Shown here: positions 46,438-56,225 of the stretch, in pieces | Layout: every line of letters starts with the position of its first letter | How positions within the stretch are numbered: position 1 is the stretch's first letter | Notes under the pieces: model-generated | Database searches by the model: none | Seen by the model: the letters and a program-made list of their open reading frames with translations, nothing else | Told to the model about the DNA's origin: nothing | Translations under genes and position numbers: made by a program | From: Ignavibacteria bacterium | GTDB taxonomy: Bacteria; Bacteroidota; Ignavibacteria; Tepidaquicellales; OLB5 | Assembly (NCBI GenBank): GCA_030835085.1 | Contig: JAUQWQ010000158.1 | Location: 1,125-65,124, forward strand | Direction: 5' to 3' | Length of the DNA: 64,000 nt

Positions 46438-47907
46438 TTGTTAAAAGATATTAAAAATACAGTAAAGCAATCTGCCGTTTACGGCCTAAGCCGTATTTCA
46501 ACAAAGCTAATCGCATTCATACTGCTGCCGCTTTTAACCCTCAATTTCAGTGTTTCTGAATATGGTGTTTATGTCTTAACAGAAAGTCTCTGGCAGATAC
46601 TTTGGGCTGTTTTTCTCTTCGGGTTTGAGTCTGGGGTAGTAAGATGGTACCTTGAGATAGCTGATGAGATAAAACGAAAACGCTTTCTTTTTTCAGTAGC
46701 GTCATTTCTTTTAGTGTTCAATTCCATTCTGCTTGTTTTTGTATACGTGTTTTCCGGAAGTATTTCTGTTCTGGTTTATGAAAACACAGGGTTATCCCGG
46801 TTTGTAGTTTACGCGGCATTGATTGCCGCTGTTGAATCGTTCTCATTTATTATTTTCCTGCTTCTTCGTATAGAAGAAAAAGCGAAAATGTATTCAATTC
46901 TTGCAGTACTTTCTACATTGATTTCACTTGTCCTGCAGATCTATTTTCTTCAGTATTCAACTATCAAACTTGAAGGTGTATTCCTAGCAAAAATAGCAGC
47001 TCCGCTGCTGATAATACTTGTGCTGCTTCCCTATTTTATCAGTCACATAAAGATCGGCTTCGAGAGATCACTGCTTACTGACCTGTTAAAATATTCTTTC
47101 CCTGTAATGATAGCGAGTCTTGTAATTACACTGTTAAATCAGTCTGACAGGTATATACTGGGATACATAAACGGTCTAAAGGATGTCGGCATTTACGGGC
47201 TGGCTTATAATATCTCAGGGTTGATAAATTTTCTTGTAGTTTCACCATTCTCTCTCGCTTTCACGGTAATTTCATGGAAAAAGCTTAAGGACGAAAATGC
47301 AAAAAGATTCTTTACTAAAACTACAACATATCTTTTTCTGACGGTCATTTATATTTCTCTCATTATTGCACTGTTCACACCCCACCTTATAAAGATCTTC
47401 GCAATGAAAACTGATTACTGGACCGCAAGCAGGTATGTACCATGGATCATCCTGGCAATGCCGTTTTACGGTATTCATTTTGTGGGGGTCTTCAGTTTCT
47501 ATGTTACAAAAAAAACCAAATACGTATTTATGAGTTACCTTATTGCTCTTGCTGTCAATATTGTATGTAATTTCATCTTTATTCCTGTATTCGGGATTTA
47601 CGGGGCAAGTTTTGTTAATCTCGTGAGTTTTATAGTTTTGTGTATAGCCATATATATCTTCTCTAAGAAGAATTATTTTTTTGAGTATGAATGGTATAAG
47701 ATCTTTCTCATGATCTTAGTTTATGCAGCTTTAGCTGCCCCATTCTTCTATTTTGATTTTACCAGCAGGATTCTGGAACTTGTGCTCAAATCTTTAGCAG
47801 TACTAGCATACCCTCTTGTTTTGTATGTTTTCAAATTCTATGAGCCGGTTGAGATAAAAGCATTCAGAGGTTTTATTAATAAATATTTATTCAGGATTAA
47901 AGTTTAA
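46438..47907 (+). CDS. Wzx-like oligosaccharide/polysaccharide flippase (MOP superfamily)
   Basis: 489 aa with about 12-14 TM helices and a typical N-terminus (SAVYGLSRISTKLIAFILLPLLT). TTG start is forced by an upstream in-frame TAA, and the next Met is about 150 codons later. Confidence 0.8.
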   Translation: MLKDIKNTVKQSAVYGLSRISTKLIAFILLPLLTLNFSVSEYGVYVLTESLWQILWAVFLFGFESGVVRWYLEIADEIKRKRFLFSVASFLLVFNSILLVFVYVFSGSISVLVYENTGLSRFVVYAALIAAVESFSFIIFLLLRIEEKAKMYSILAVLSTLISLVLQIYFLQYSTIKLEGVFLAKIAAPLLIILVLLPYFISHIKIGFERSLLTDLLKYSFPVMIASLVITLLNQSDRYILGYINGLKDVGIYGLAYNISGLINFLVVSPFSLAFTVISWKKLKDENAKRFFTKTTTYLFLTVIYISLIIALFTPHLIKIFAMKTDYWTASRYVPWIILAMPFYGIHFVGVFSFYVTKKTKYVFMSYLIALAVNIVCNFIFIPVFGIYGASFVNLVSFIVLCIAIYIFSKKNYFFEYEWYKIFLMILVYAALAAPFFYFDFTSRILELVLKSLAVLAYPLVLYVFKFYEPVEIKAFRGFINKYLFRIKV

Positions 47908-47918
47908 TTTTCTATTTT

Positions 47919-48638
47919 ATGGGATACAAAGGACTGCCAAAAGATGTGACAAGAGTTATAGCCCCGCCTATGTGGGATTCTTACCACTTCGTGAGTGTGC
48001 TAACAAGAAAAGCTTATGAAAACACTATACCTTCTCTTTTGGAATCAGGGCAGAAGTACAGAATACTTGACTACGGCTGCGGAGCCAAGCCATATGAATA
48101 CCTTTTCAAAAATCATGTTTCTGAATACATTGGGGTCGATGTCGGTGATAATCCAAAAGCTGATTTTTCGATCGTACCCGGTGAACGGCTTAAGTTTGAG
48201 GATAATAGTTTTGACTTTGTTTTATCCTCACAGGTATTAGAGCACGTTAAAGATGTTGAACAGTATATGGGTGAGTGCCTTAGGGTGCTGAAGCCGGGGG
48301 GAATTCTTCTGCTATCAACTCACGGTACATGGCAGTTCCACGCATCGCCATATGATTATAACCGGTGGACTTGCATGGGTCTGGCTTACCTGATTGAACG
48401 TACGGGATTTGAAGTAATTGAATACAAACCTATACTGGGTCAGTTAGCTGTTACATCCCAGCTGAGATTAAGCTTCTTTGATTCTTTTGCCAACATGATA
48501 GGAACTGCTGGCAGAATATTGCTTGCTCCCCTTGCATTGTTTTACCAGTTCAAAATGATGCTAGAAGACGCAATTACTCCCGCCAGGGTTAAAAAACGTG
48601 ATTCGGCAATTTTTCTTTTTATTGCAAAGAAAAAATAA
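47919..48638 (+). CDS. class I SAM-dependent methyltransferase
   Basis: ILDYGCGAKPY motif I, FDFVLSSQVLEHV and LKPGGILLLSTHG. Confidence 0.8.
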   Translation: MGYKGLPKDVTRVIAPPMWDSYHFVSVLTRKAYENTIPSLLESGQKYRILDYGCGAKPYEYLFKNHVSEYIGVDVGDNPKADFSIVPGERLKFEDNSFDFVLSSQVLEHVKDVEQYMGECLRVLKPGGILLLSTHGTWQFHASPYDYNRWTCMGLAYLIERTGFEVIEYKPILGQLAVTSQLRLSFFDSFANMIGTAGRILLAPLALFYQFKMMLEDAITPARVKKRDSAIFLFIAKKK

Positions 48639-48646
48639 CAGGGCCA

Positions 48647-49747
48647 TTGAAAAGCAGGAAGAAAATACTTTTTATCAAAAATCTCTACCAGAACCCCAAA
48701 TTTATAACAAATGATCTTGAAATTCTATCAAGAGAATTTTCAGTAAAGCTCTTGAATTTCAAAAGCAGAAAAAATGCACTTATATTATTTTCAATGACCT
48801 ATCAGTTCTTTTATCTTCTGATTAATTTATGGCGCTATGACATTGTGTATATTTGGTTTGCTGACTACCTTTCTTTCTACCCTGTGCTTTTCGCAAAAAT
48901 ATTCTCTAAAAAAAGTATAATCTGTGCCGGCGGTTATGAAGCTACATATATTCCTGAAATCAACATGGGAGTTTTCACGAATGCATCAATTTCAAAATCC
49001 GTGAGAGCATTCTGCGTCCGATACAGCCTGAAGAACTGCACGTATATCTTGCCTGTTGATGAAACGCTTATTGATCATACTAACAATTATATTTATTCCG
49101 ATATTCCCGGCAAAGTACCGCTGAAGGATGGTATAAAGCAATTTATTCCCGGTATAAAGGACAAATTTAAGACAATGTATCTGGGATACGATTCTGAACT
49201 CTTTAAAAAACCCCAAAATATCAACAAAGAAAGATCTATAGTAAGCGCAGGTTTGATCGTAAATGATGATGAATTCCGCAGAAAAGGTTTTGACCTGCTG
49301 ATAGAAGCAGCAAAGCAAATGCCCGATGTTAAGTTTGTGCTGATCGGATTCAATGAAGAATATCTGGCTAAATATAGAAAAATTGTTTCATCAAATGTTG
49401 AGCTGTTTGGTATTGTACCTTACTCGAAACTCATTGAAGAATACTGCAAAGCGAAAGTCTATGCACAGTTCTCCATGTTTGAAGGAATGCCAAGCTCTAT
49501 ATGCGAAGCAATGTTATGTGAATGTATCCCGGTCGGTTCTGATGTTAACGGTATTCCCAAGATAATCGGAAATTGCGGATTTGTTACCGCTAAGAAAACT
49601 GTGAATAATGCTGTTAGCTCTATGATGGATGCGGTTAATTCAGATGGGTCACTTGGCAGGAAGGCACGTGAACATATTATGAAACTGTTCCCGCTAAGCA
49701 AGCGAGAGAACGAACTTCTTCTGTTTGTTAAAAATATACTCCGCTAA
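48647..49747 (+). CDS. glycosyltransferase family 1/4 (GT-B)
   Basis: C-terminal EGMPSSICEAMLCECIPVGSDVNGIPKII (E-x7-E region). TTG start. Confidence 0.8.
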   Translation: MKSRKKILFIKNLYQNPKFITNDLEILSREFSVKLLNFKSRKNALILFSMTYQFFYLLINLWRYDIVYIWFADYLSFYPVLFAKIFSKKSIICAGGYEATYIPEINMGVFTNASISKSVRAFCVRYSLKNCTYILPVDETLIDHTNNYIYSDIPGKVPLKDGIKQFIPGIKDKFKTMYLGYDSELFKKPQNINKERSIVSAGLIVNDDEFRRKGFDLLIEAAKQMPDVKFVLIGFNEEYLAKYRKIVSSNVELFGIVPYSKLIEEYCKAKVYAQFSMFEGMPSSICEAMLCECIPVGSDVNGIPKIIGNCGFVTAKKTVNNAVSSMMDAVNSDGSLGRKAREHIMKLFPLSKRENELLLFVKNILR

Positions 49748-49861
49748 TTCCTTTTACTCTCCCAGCTCAAATCAATTCCTGGTATTCATGTAAGCCTATG
49801 TTAATACAATGAATGTAACCTTGATTTATAAATTGAAAAAACATAAATTTAAAAATACCTA

Positions 49862-49869
49862 AAGGAGGT
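49862..49869 (+). promoter_or_regulatory. Shine-Dalgarno site for cytochrome c gene
   Basis: AAGGAGGT 4 nt upstream of ATG 49874. Confidence 0.7.
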
Positions 49870-49873
49870 AAAC

Positions 49874-50854
49874 ATGAAAAAATTATTTAAAATTCTGGGC
49901 ATATTGCTCATAATTGTTGTTCTCTTTGCTGCAGGCGGGTATATTTACCTTCAGGCAGCATATCCAAAGGTGAGTGCGGCACCTGAACTGAAAATTGAAC
50001 CAACCCACGAAAGGCTTGAGCGCGGCAAGTATCTTGCCAACAGCTATGCTTTCTGTATTGAATGCCACAGCAGTAAGGATATTACTAAATTCAGCATGCC
50101 GGTAGTGCCCGGAACTGAAGGCAAAGGCGGTGATAATTACGGGGAAGGAGCAGGTTTTGTACCCGCATCAAACATAACCGGTGATAAAGAAACGGGACTT
50201 GGTAACTGGACAGATGGCGAAATTTTCAGGGCTATAACTTCTGGTGTGGATAAAGAAGGTAAATTCCTGGCTCCCATGATGCCCTACCCCTTGTTTGCGA
50301 AGATGGACAAAGAAGACCTTTATTCAATAATTGCATATATAAAAACACTTAAGCCTATAAGCAATAAAGTACCGGAAAAGAATTTGAAATTCCCTGTGAA
50401 CCTGATATTCAGAACCATACCTTCTGATGTTTCCAGTTTCGGAAAAAGACCGGACGGAACAGATAAGATCAAGCTGGGAGAGTATAATGGGGTAGCCTGC
50501 AAGTTCTGTCATTCACCCAGTGATAAAGGTGAATATATCCCGGGGAAGGAGTTTTCAGGCGGGGTAGAATTCCCGATGCCTGACGGTACTATAATCAGGT
50601 CATCAAATATTACTCCGGATAAAGAAACGGGTATTGGAAATATGACCAGGGAGCTTTTTATGGCTAAGTTCAAATCATGTATTGATGACTCTGCTCTTGA
50701 TCCAAAAAGCCGCGGATTTAATACACCTATGGCATGGAATTTCATTGCAAAATCATCAACAGATGACGACCTTTTAGCGATCTATGAATATTTAATGTCA
50801 CAAAATCCCGTGAACAATAAAGTAGAAAAAATTACACTTAAGGGATTGAAATAA
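49874..50854 (+). CDS. membrane-anchored dihaem c-type cytochrome
   Basis: N-terminal TM helix, two CxxCH sites (CIECH, CKFCH), strong SD and terminator downstream. Confidence 0.85.
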   Translation: MKKLFKILGILLIIVVLFAAGGYIYLQAAYPKVSAAPELKIEPTHERLERGKYLANSYAFCIECHSSKDITKFSMPVVPGTEGKGGDNYGEGAGFVPASNITGDKETGLGNWTDGEIFRAITSGVDKEGKFLAPMMPYPLFAKMDKEDLYSIIAYIKTLKPISNKVPEKNLKFPVNLIFRTIPSDVSSFGKRPDGTDKIKLGEYNGVACKFCHSPSDKGEYIPGKEFSGGVEFPMPDGTIIRSSNITPDKETGIGNMTRELFMAKFKSCIDDSALDPKSRGFNTPMAWNFIAKSSTDDDLLAIYEYLMSQNPVNNKVEKITLKGLK

Positions 50855-50883
50855 CGGAAATCATAGATAATGCTGTTAATTTT

Positions 50884-50907
50884 AAAAGGGGCTGTTGCCC
50901 CTTTTTT
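50884..50907 (+). terminator. rho-independent terminator after cytochrome c gene
   Basis: GGGGC-TGTT-GCCCC followed by TTTTTT. Confidence 0.8.
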
Positions 50908-50974
50908 ATATGTGGAATTTGCATAAAACTCACGTTAAATTAGTGTATCCAACCAAAACAAAATCGATAAATAT

Positions 50975-53431
50975 ATGAAATTTTTCTTAATTTTATTTTC
51001 ATTTGTCCTCTCCTTTTATAACTATTCAGTTTTTTCCCAGGAACTGTTCATTCAAAACAATCCATATGAAAAAGCGGATGATTATACTAAAACAAAAAAA
51101 TCGTTCAATCGTGAAAGATGGTTCTATGAACAGAGGATGTTCCCTAACAATTTTATCCCTGATGACGCCTATGGAAAAGCTATTGAACAACGTGATGCAA
51201 TGCGCATTTCCAACGGTTTCGCATTTGATAATACGGTAACATGGACAAATATAGGTCCAACACCGGGATATTATTTTGCATACTCAAATATTTCCGGAAG
51301 GATCACAACTGTAAGATATGACCCTGTTAACCCTAATATAGTTTATTTAGGTGCAGCCTTCGGTGGTGTGTGGAAATCAACCAATGGGGGCAGTAATTTT
51401 TCACCAATATCAGATAATGAAATTTCAATGTCGTCCGGTTCAATTTTTGTTGACCCGGCAAATACAAATATTGTATATTACGGAACAGGCGAAGCAACAT
51501 ACAGCGGCGCATCATATTACGGCAGAGGAATACTGAAATCCACGAACGGCGGTGCAACATGGACCAATTACACTAGCGGATTGCCGAGTCTGACATACTG
51601 CTCAAGAATTGTTATAAGACCCGGATTTTCTAACCAGTTGTTTGCTGCAATGGGTACTTCAGGTTTATATAAATCAACTGATGCCGGTGTAACATGGTCA
51701 CAGGTTATCCCGGGCAGATGTGACGATGTTATATTTTCACCCAACGGGAACAACGCCTATATAACAGGAAGCGGAACAGGCTACAGGATTTCTACAGATG
51801 GCGGAGCTACTTTTAATCCCAATGGTTCAATGGTAATGGGTACAAGGAACCATATTGCAATATGCAGAAATGTACCCTCAGTATTATATTGCGCAGTATA
51901 TTCAGGAAGTACAATTACTACTTATAAATCAACTGATAGCGGTGCCAATTTTTCACAGATAGCCTCAGGTCATAATTTTAACGGAGGTCAGGCATGGTAT
52001 GATTTTTACATGCAGGTCAATCCGTTCGATCCGGATTATGCCTATGTGGGTTCTATTGATATCTGGAGAACAACTAACGGAGGAACAAGCTTTGAAAATA
52101 TAACAAACGGTTATGCAGGCGGAGTTGTACATGTGGATGAACATAACATGGATTTTAATCCTGCAAACTCCAATGAACTTATGGCGGTTAATGACGGCGG
52201 TATATGGAAATCTACAAACCGCGGGACCAACTGGATAAACCTGAATGAAGGATTAACTTTAACGCAGTTCTACAGGATAGCCAGTGACCCGAATAATGTT
52301 GATCATCTTGCAGGCGGCACCCAGGATAACGGCACACAAAGAACTACCGGCACAACAAACTGGGCAGCGGCATTTGGCGGAGACGGCGGAGAAGTATGTT
52401 TTAATACTCCAAACTCCCAGTTTATACTTGGTGAAACCCAAAACAACGGTGTTCAGCGCTCACAAAACGGCGGTGTAAGCTGGCAGAGTGCTACTAACGG
52501 CTTAACAGGTTCAGGAGCATGGGTCGGCCCGTTAATTTCACACCCAACAGAAGTTGGTAAATTTTTTACCGCAAGATCTCAGGTTTTTGTTACCACAAAT
52601 GCGGGTGCACTATGGACTCCAATTTCATCAGGTACCAGCGGTACAATCAGAGAAATGGCTATTAGCCGCAGTAATCCTTCGATACTGTTTGCAACAACAG
52701 GTTCTGTAATATATAAATCAACAGATGAAGGAGTTACCTTTACAAACGTCACAACCGGACTGCCTGGCAGAGTGATTACAAGCATTTACGTACACCCTGA
52801 TTCTTCTAATGTTGCAGTGGTATCATATTCAGGTTTTGGTGCAGGAAAAGTTTACAAAACAACTAATGGCGGCACATCGTGGAATAACATCAGCGGAAAC
52901 CTGCCTGACTCACCTGTAAACGACGTACTTATTTATTATCCCGGAACACCTACAAGTATTTACTATGCAGCAATGGATATCGGGGTATTTTTCACAAATG
53001 ATTACGGCACAACCTGGGTAGAGCTTGCCGATGGTTTGCCAAATACAGTAGCAATGCATCTCGATTATCACCAGGCAACTAACAGGCTTAGAATCGGTAC
53101 CCACGGAAGAGGTGTATGGGAAACTGCAAACCCGATTGGGTTGATAAATTACAGCAGCCAGGTACCATCTTCATTTTCACTTCAGCAGAATTATCCGAAT
53201 CCGTTTAACCCGGTTACAACAATCAAGTATGATATATTAACCGAAGGTTTTGTAAAGCTGGCTGTATACGATATTCTGGGCAGGGAGCTTAAATCTATAA
53301 TCAGCGGGAACCAGAAACCTGGAACCTATACGGTTCAGTTTGACGGTTCGAATCTTTCAAGCGGTGTTTATTTTTATAAACTATTGGCAAACGGCTTTAC
53401 TGAGACCCGGAAAATGATGGTAACAAAATAG
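50975..53431 (+). CDS. Sortilin/Vps10- or GH74-like tandem BNR beta-propeller protein with T9SS type-A CTD
   Basis: About a dozen S/T-x-D/N-x-G-x-T/S-W/F Asp-boxes (STNGGSNF, STNGGATW, STDAGVTW, STDGGATF, TTNGGTSF, STNRGTNW and others). CTD QQNYPNPFNPVT...TRKMMVTK-stop. Confidence 0.85.
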   Translation: MKFFLILFSFVLSFYNYSVFSQELFIQNNPYEKADDYTKTKKSFNRERWFYEQRMFPNNFIPDDAYGKAIEQRDAMRISNGFAFDNTVTWTNIGPTPGYYFAYSNISGRITTVRYDPVNPNIVYLGAAFGGVWKSTNGGSNFSPISDNEISMSSGSIFVDPANTNIVYYGTGEATYSGASYYGRGILKSTNGGATWTNYTSGLPSLTYCSRIVIRPGFSNQLFAAMGTSGLYKSTDAGVTWSQVIPGRCDDVIFSPNGNNAYITGSGTGYRISTDGGATFNPNGSMVMGTRNHIAICRNVPSVLYCAVYSGSTITTYKSTDSGANFSQIASGHNFNGGQAWYDFYMQVNPFDPDYAYVGSIDIWRTTNGGTSFENITNGYAGGVVHVDEHNMDFNPANSNELMAVNDGGIWKSTNRGTNWINLNEGLTLTQFYRIASDPNNVDHLAGGTQDNGTQRTTGTTNWAAAFGGDGGEVCFNTPNSQFILGETQNNGVQRSQNGGVSWQSATNGLTGSGAWVGPLISHPTEVGKFFTARSQVFVTTNAGALWTPISSGTSGTIREMAISRSNPSILFATTGSVIYKSTDEGVTFTNVTTGLPGRVITSIYVHPDSSNVAVVSYSGFGAGKVYKTTNGGTSWNNISGNLPDSPVNDVLIYYPGTPTSIYYAAMDIGVFFTNDYGTTWVELADGLPNTVAMHLDYHQATNRLRIGTHGRGVWETANPIGLINYSSQVPSSFSLQQNYPNPFNPVTTIKYDILTEGFVKLAVYDILGRELKSIISGNQKPGTYTVQFDGSNLSSGVYFYKLLANGFTETRKMMVTK

Positions 53432-53452
53432 CTTATTCATTAATCTTAAATT

Positions 53453-53478
53453 AAAAAGGGGCATCTGCCCCTTTTTTT
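53453..53478. terminator. bidirectional terminator between convergent 50975-53431 and 53507-53857
   Basis: A5-GGGGC-ATCT-GCCCC-T7. Confidence 0.8.
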
Positions 53479-53506
53479 ATTATTCTATTTTCAGAAACAT
53501 TTAACT

Positions 53507-53857
53507 TCAATAATCAGCTGAAACTTCCGTAGCATGAAAATAATCACCGTGCAAATGTCCTGTAAGTGTAATTGTTCCGGCTTTCTTCAATTCACCCGGG
53601 AATTCCTTCCCCAGAGTAACTTTTTTAATTATTCCGCTTCTATCCTTTACATAAAATGAAACACCCCCATCAGGAGAAGATGTAAATCCTTTATCCACTA
53701 AAAGTTCTACTTTAATATTCTTGTTTGCTGTGCTGTTGATATCAAAATTTCCAAATGATTCAGTCCCCTCTTTGGACGTAAAATAAACACTGTATCCAAG
53801 ATAGATAAGGAACAGTACGACTATCCCTGCAATTATCAGCTTAACCTGCTTTGTCAT
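53507..53857 (-). CDS. small membrane-anchored OB-fold-like protein (CcmE-like architecture; function uncertain)
   Basis: 116 aa. N-terminal TM helix then a beta-rich domain (VSFYVKDRSG...TITLTGHL..DYFHATEV) resembling CcmE topology. No canonical haem-binding HxxxY seen. Confidence 0.45.
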   Translation of the reverse strand: MTKQVKLIIAGIVVLFLIYLGYSVYFTSKEGTESFGNFDINSTANKNIKVELLVDKGFTSSPDGGVSFYVKDRSGIIKKVTLGKEFPGELKKAGTITLTGHLHGDYFHATEVSADY

Positions 53858-53914
53858 AAATCATACCCCATTTTCTTTAATATTGTACATAATTAAATAA
53901 CTAATTACTGCAAT

Positions 53915-55819
53915 TTACTTATCTTTTACATTTTTATCCAGAAACTTTACTATCTTGGGATAAATATCAAGCCTGTTCTTTTGCTTTGAAATTCCATGCC
54001 CTTCATCTTCATAAATATGCAATTCTGATATTCCCCCGTTTGCAATAATAGCATCATACATCTGTTCTGCTTCACTAACCGGTACCCTGGGATCATTTCT
54101 TCCGTGTATTATCATCAAAGGTGCCGTAATGTTATTGACTTTCTTTAGCGGAGATATACTTTCAAGGAATTCCCTGTCATTATCAAGGCTGCCATATTCA
54201 CTTGCCCGGTTGTTTTTCCTGTAATCACCTGTATTCTGCAAAAATGTAACAAAATTTGAAATGCCAACTACATCTATTCCTGCAGCAAAAAGCTGTGGAT
54301 ATAACGTAAGGCATGCAAGTACCATATAACCGCCATAACTTCCGCCGTAAACTGCTATTTTATCCATATCAATGTAACTGATCGTTCTCAAATGGTCCAC
54401 AAGCGAAGCTATATCTCTCACAGAATTTTCCCGGTTTCTAACGTTATCCATTGATGCGAATATTTTCCCGTACCCTGTACTCCCCCTCACATTTGGTTCT
54501 ACAATAACATAACCGGCGCTCAATAAGTATTGGTATATTGGTGCGAAACCATATGTTGCCTGCCCTTCGGGTCCCCCGTGGATTGAAATTATACACGGCA
54601 TTTTTTTTCCTGAAGTATTTTTGGGTTTATAAATGAAAGCCGGTATTTTCAAACTGTCGTATGAGATATATGATATCAGTTCTGGTTCAATAAACGTAGA
54701 GGGGTCTATGCCTCCAAGGTAGGGTTCTGTAACCTGATCGATCTTACCGGCAGAATAATCCCACTGGTAAAGTATACTTGGATTTGCCGCGGAATTCACA
54801 CCGATAATAACTTTACTTCCTTTATTGGAAAAGCTGAGTGCCGTTATACTTAAAGTCTTTAATTTATCGGGTATATTTATTTCTTTGGAAGTATTCAAAT
54901 CATACATAAATATTCTGTCATAACCTTCATCATTAACCTGAACAATCAGTTTCGTTTTATCATCTGAAAAAACAAGACGAGATACTTCCCTGTTCCTGTA
55001 ATTTTTTAGGAATTCATAATCAGGATAAAGTACAGTGCGATCCTTTATATTATATATTCCTACTCTGAATAGGTCACTTTTACTGTTAGAAATAAAATAA
55101 AGATTCTCCCCCGGAGCGTCAAAAGATGCTGCATAAAATTCAGCAGGTTCATTAAAGTTATCATGAGTTGAAATAAGCTCAGTTTGTTTTGTAACCATAT
55201 CATACAGGTAAATATCGTTATCATATGTTGAATATGACCTTGTTATAACAAGCTTGCTGCCATCATTTGATATTACCGAAGGATAGTTTGTATGATCGCT
55301 TGAAAATATCATTTCGCTTAAGCCGCTTTCCAGATTATACACATATATATCATAAAAATAAGGAGTTCTTTTATTCGAGTAATATGTAAAATAACTCCCG
55401 TCCTCAGACCACCTGCCAAAGCCGTAAATCACTTTCGGAGCAGCATCCGTTATCATTCTTACATCCGAACCGCTGCCGTTCATCAGGTAAAACTGGCTGT
55501 ATTCTGAGCCGCCTTCATCACTTTGAGCAAGGATAATATCCTTTACTGGGTTAGGACTGTAACCTGTTATTCTCTCCTTAAAATCTGTTACCTGTACCGG
55601 ATCTACTCCCGGTTTATTTACGCTCCATATCTGGCTGGTGCCGGTACTATTCATCAAAAAGTAGATCTTTCCGTCATCAAAAGAATACTTAGGTGAAACT
55701 GCTCCGCGAATATTTAAATACTGTTCAATGCTGTATTGCTGGGAATATAAAGGAAGGATAAAAGTAATTACAGAAAAAATTAAAACGGATAATATAAAAT
55801 TGTATTTATATCTTTTCAA
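53915..55819 (-). CDS. S9-family serine peptidase (prolyl oligopeptidase/dipeptidyl-peptidase type) with N-terminal beta-propeller
   Basis: GGSYGGYM nucleophile elbow, HGRNDPRVP (Asp) and EGHG (His). N-terminal TolB-like propeller repeats. TTG start. Confidence 0.88.
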   Translation of the reverse strand: MKRYKYNFILSVLIFSVITFILPLYSQQYSIEQYLNIRGAVSPKYSFDDGKIYFLMNSTGTSQIWSVNKPGVDPVQVTDFKERITGYSPNPVKDIILAQSDEGGSEYSQFYLMNGSGSDVRMITDAAPKVIYGFGRWSEDGSYFTYYSNKRTPYFYDIYVYNLESGLSEMIFSSDHTNYPSVISNDGSKLVITRSYSTYDNDIYLYDMVTKQTELISTHDNFNEPAEFYAASFDAPGENLYFISNSKSDLFRVGIYNIKDRTVLYPDYEFLKNYRNREVSRLVFSDDKTKLIVQVNDEGYDRIFMYDLNTSKEINIPDKLKTLSITALSFSNKGSKVIIGVNSAANPSILYQWDYSAGKIDQVTEPYLGGIDPSTFIEPELISYISYDSLKIPAFIYKPKNTSGKKMPCIISIHGGPEGQATYGFAPIYQYLLSAGYVIVEPNVRGSTGYGKIFASMDNVRNRENSVRDIASLVDHLRTISYIDMDKIAVYGGSYGGYMVLACLTLYPQLFAAGIDVVGISNFVTFLQNTGDYRKNNRASEYGSLDNDREFLESISPLKKVNNITAPLMIIHGRNDPRVPVSEAEQMYDAIIANGGISELHIYEDEGHGISKQKNRLDIYPKIVKFLDKNVKDK

Positions 55820-55866
55820 TATTATGGCTGATTTGATTACTGATTTCAGAAAAAAAGCCGTGTCAA

Positions 55867-56205
55867 TTACCCGGGAGGCCAGTTCATAATCCTGCCGCCA
55901 AGTAAATGAGCGTGCAGATGAAAAACAGACTGGCCGGCAATTTCATTGCAGTTGAAGACTAAACGATAACCTTCAAGCTTCTGCTCTTTTGCAATTTCTG
56001 CAGCCAGGGCTATTATTTTTCCGGCAACAGTGCTGTTGCTGCTGTTTATTTCAAAAGGCGACTCGATATGTATTTTAGGGATAATTAGAATATGTACAGG
56101 TGCCTGCGGACTGATATCCCTGAACGCTAGCAATTCATCGTTTTCAAAAACAATTTCAGAAGGGATCTCTTTTTTGATGATCTTACAGAACAGACAATTT
56201 TCCAT
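55867..56205 (-). CDS. HIT-family (histidine triad) nucleotide hydrolase
   Basis: CLFCKI zinc-type N-terminus and HLHAHLLGG triad; 112 aa. Confidence 0.9.
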   Translation of the reverse strand: MENCLFCKIIKKEIPSEIVFENDELLAFRDISPQAPVHILIIPKIHIESPFEINSSNSTVAGKIIALAAEIAKEQKLEGYRLVFNCNEIAGQSVFHLHAHLLGGRIMNWPPG

Positions 56206-56225
56206 ATCATTCCAGCTTTTTATTA

